Below, in pieces: positions 62,701 through 64,000 of a DNA stretch of 64,000 bases; position 1 is the stretch's first letter; the number at the start of each line of letters is the position of its first letter. A program made the position numbers and the translations under genes. The DNA is taken from the IMG/VR virus record IMGVR_UViG_3300045988_059906. One strand, given 5' to 3'. Under the pieces are notes generated by a model. The model was not told the DNA's origin. It worked only from the letters and a program-made list of their open reading frames with translations, and ran no database searches. The DNA comes from a virus.

Positions 62701-64000
62701 ATGGCAAAATTTGAAAATTTACCTAATCAGATTACAGATTTACTGACAGAGTGGGATGGTCACTCTGGAATGGAGGTCGAGGATTTTATTTGCCGAAAAA
62801 TAGAAAAAGTAGAAGGATAGGACATAACTGATATGTCTTATGACTCAGCTACTAGTATGCTTACTCTTCTAAAGAGTAATGGAGAGAAGGTAGAAACTGA
62901 AGTATCAGTTATTCCTCCTACCTATTCTTATGGTATAATGGTATATGGGGTGATGTTGGACAATAAGTCTGATAAGATATATACCGAGGCAAATGGCTCT
63001 TTGTTAATGCAGTACAATTCAGACAGAAATGTTAAGGTAGGTATTGCTATGTATGCTGTTGCTACAACTTCTGTAACAACAGATAGAATTGGACCTTTTA
63101 ATGTCAAGATTAGTTATGGAACTTAGTCAGGGACATTTAGAGTAAATAATATTAAGTATAGCTAGTGTATTATAGATCCATCTACAGGTGCTATAACAGG
63201 AGTTAACATACCATCAGAGAATTTAATAAATACCTTAGCTTGGATTGATATAACTAGCTTGTTTACTAAAACTTAGTCTGCTAAGAAGATTACAGCCCAA
63301 GTTGTAGATGACCTAGATGTGGAAGATACACTAGACTTACCAATCACTACAGAGGTAATTACGTTAAATTATAATGGTGAAATTGTATTAGGTAACAACC
63401 TAGTTAATTTCTCACTTACTGGTGGAACTACTAGCAATTATCACCTAGAAGGTTTCAACAATGGAACGTCTTTCTCTACTAGTGGTGGAGTTTTGAATTA
63501 TTCTAGTCTAACATCTGGACTTAATCAATTAGCTGTTAGAGCAGTTCATAATACTGAAAGTTCAATCTACACTGATTACTTATACGTAGATATTATTTAT
63601 ACATATAACTGCTAGGATACTATAGTAGCTATCAATGGTGTAAGTAATGGTATAGCTAATAATGGTGTTGCTACTCTATATGAATTAACAGTATTTAGTC
63701 CAGATAATAGTTCGATGGCTATTACTACATATCTGGAAAATGAAATGCCAGATTCTGGAAGTATGAACCCCACTGAAATTATGAAGTATGAAATCATAGG
63801 AGCTTCTTCATATGACGAGTAGGGAGTATATGATACTTCATATAAGAAATATATAGAAATAAACAGTAGTGATTCTGAGAAATATCTAGTTATTAAGGTA
63901 GATGATACATATTACAAATTCTATACTGTGTTCACTAACAGTTTAGGACAGACTACTGCATATACTAGTAATTTCAAAACTATGAAAGTGGAAGCAGTAA
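62701..64000 (+). CDS. structural protein, with in-frame TAG (continues beyond the window)
   Basis: Frame 1 is open with TAG codons through ORFs 62833..63126 and 63319..63615 to the end of the window. Confidence 0.35.

Noticed and set aside
1-64000. CRISPR arrays and rRNA genes
   Set aside because: No direct-repeat/spacer periodicity was found and no rRNA-like conserved blocks were seen anywhere in the window.

Overview
This 64 kb window reads as part of a large AT-rich tailed-phage genome, probably a crAss-like or jumbo Bacteroidales phage. It has two modules with different genetic codes.

Module 1, about 1-40.6 kb, is transcribed almost entirely on the minus strand. Its ORFs are uninterrupted in the standard code. 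They include a PurA-like enzyme, two flotillin/NfeD pairs, a ParB-like nuclease, an AAA+ ATPase, a radical SAM protein and a large vWA/TROVE-like protein. About 43 tRNA genes, many duplicated, are interspersed with these genes.

Module 2, about 40.9-64 kb, is mostly on the plus strand. Its long genes (small genes, a possible TerS, TerL, portal and several large structural/tail proteins) are full of in-frame TAG codons and terminate only with TAA or TGA. This is amber-codon reassignment. A tRNA with anticodon CUA sits at the head of this module (41412-41483) and is built on the same scaffold as the two tRNA-Gln(UUG) genes. Together with a TAG at the invariant SQ motif of a reverse transcriptase, this points to TAG=Gln. 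Isolated TAG-containing genes also occur on the minus strand at 36.3-37.5 kb and 42.9-43.3 kb.

The most striking system is a diversity-generating retroelement (DGR). It has a TAG-containing reverse transcriptase (about 59021-60295) and a 96-99 nt template repeat (58784-58882). Two variable repeats differ from the template only at template adenines. VR1 is at the 3' end of a tail-protein gene of about 1300 aa (58585-58683). VR2 lies inside a small minus-strand gene 28 kb away (30766-30861).

Two canonical type I hammerhead ribozymes lie on the minus strand at 35726-35786 and 38739-38791. Several conserved non-coding repeats flank tRNA genes, and incomplete tRNA-like structures sit near the vWA/TROVE-like gene.

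No rRNA genes and no CRISPR arrays were seen. All coordinates were read by eye. tRNA ends are probably correct to +/-2 nt. The TAG-containing gene ends were read by eye only (the frame walk is documented for TerL and part of the portal; the others are stated conclusions) and are stated certain to +/-10 nt, with portal and DGR-target-1 ends further labelled approximate.
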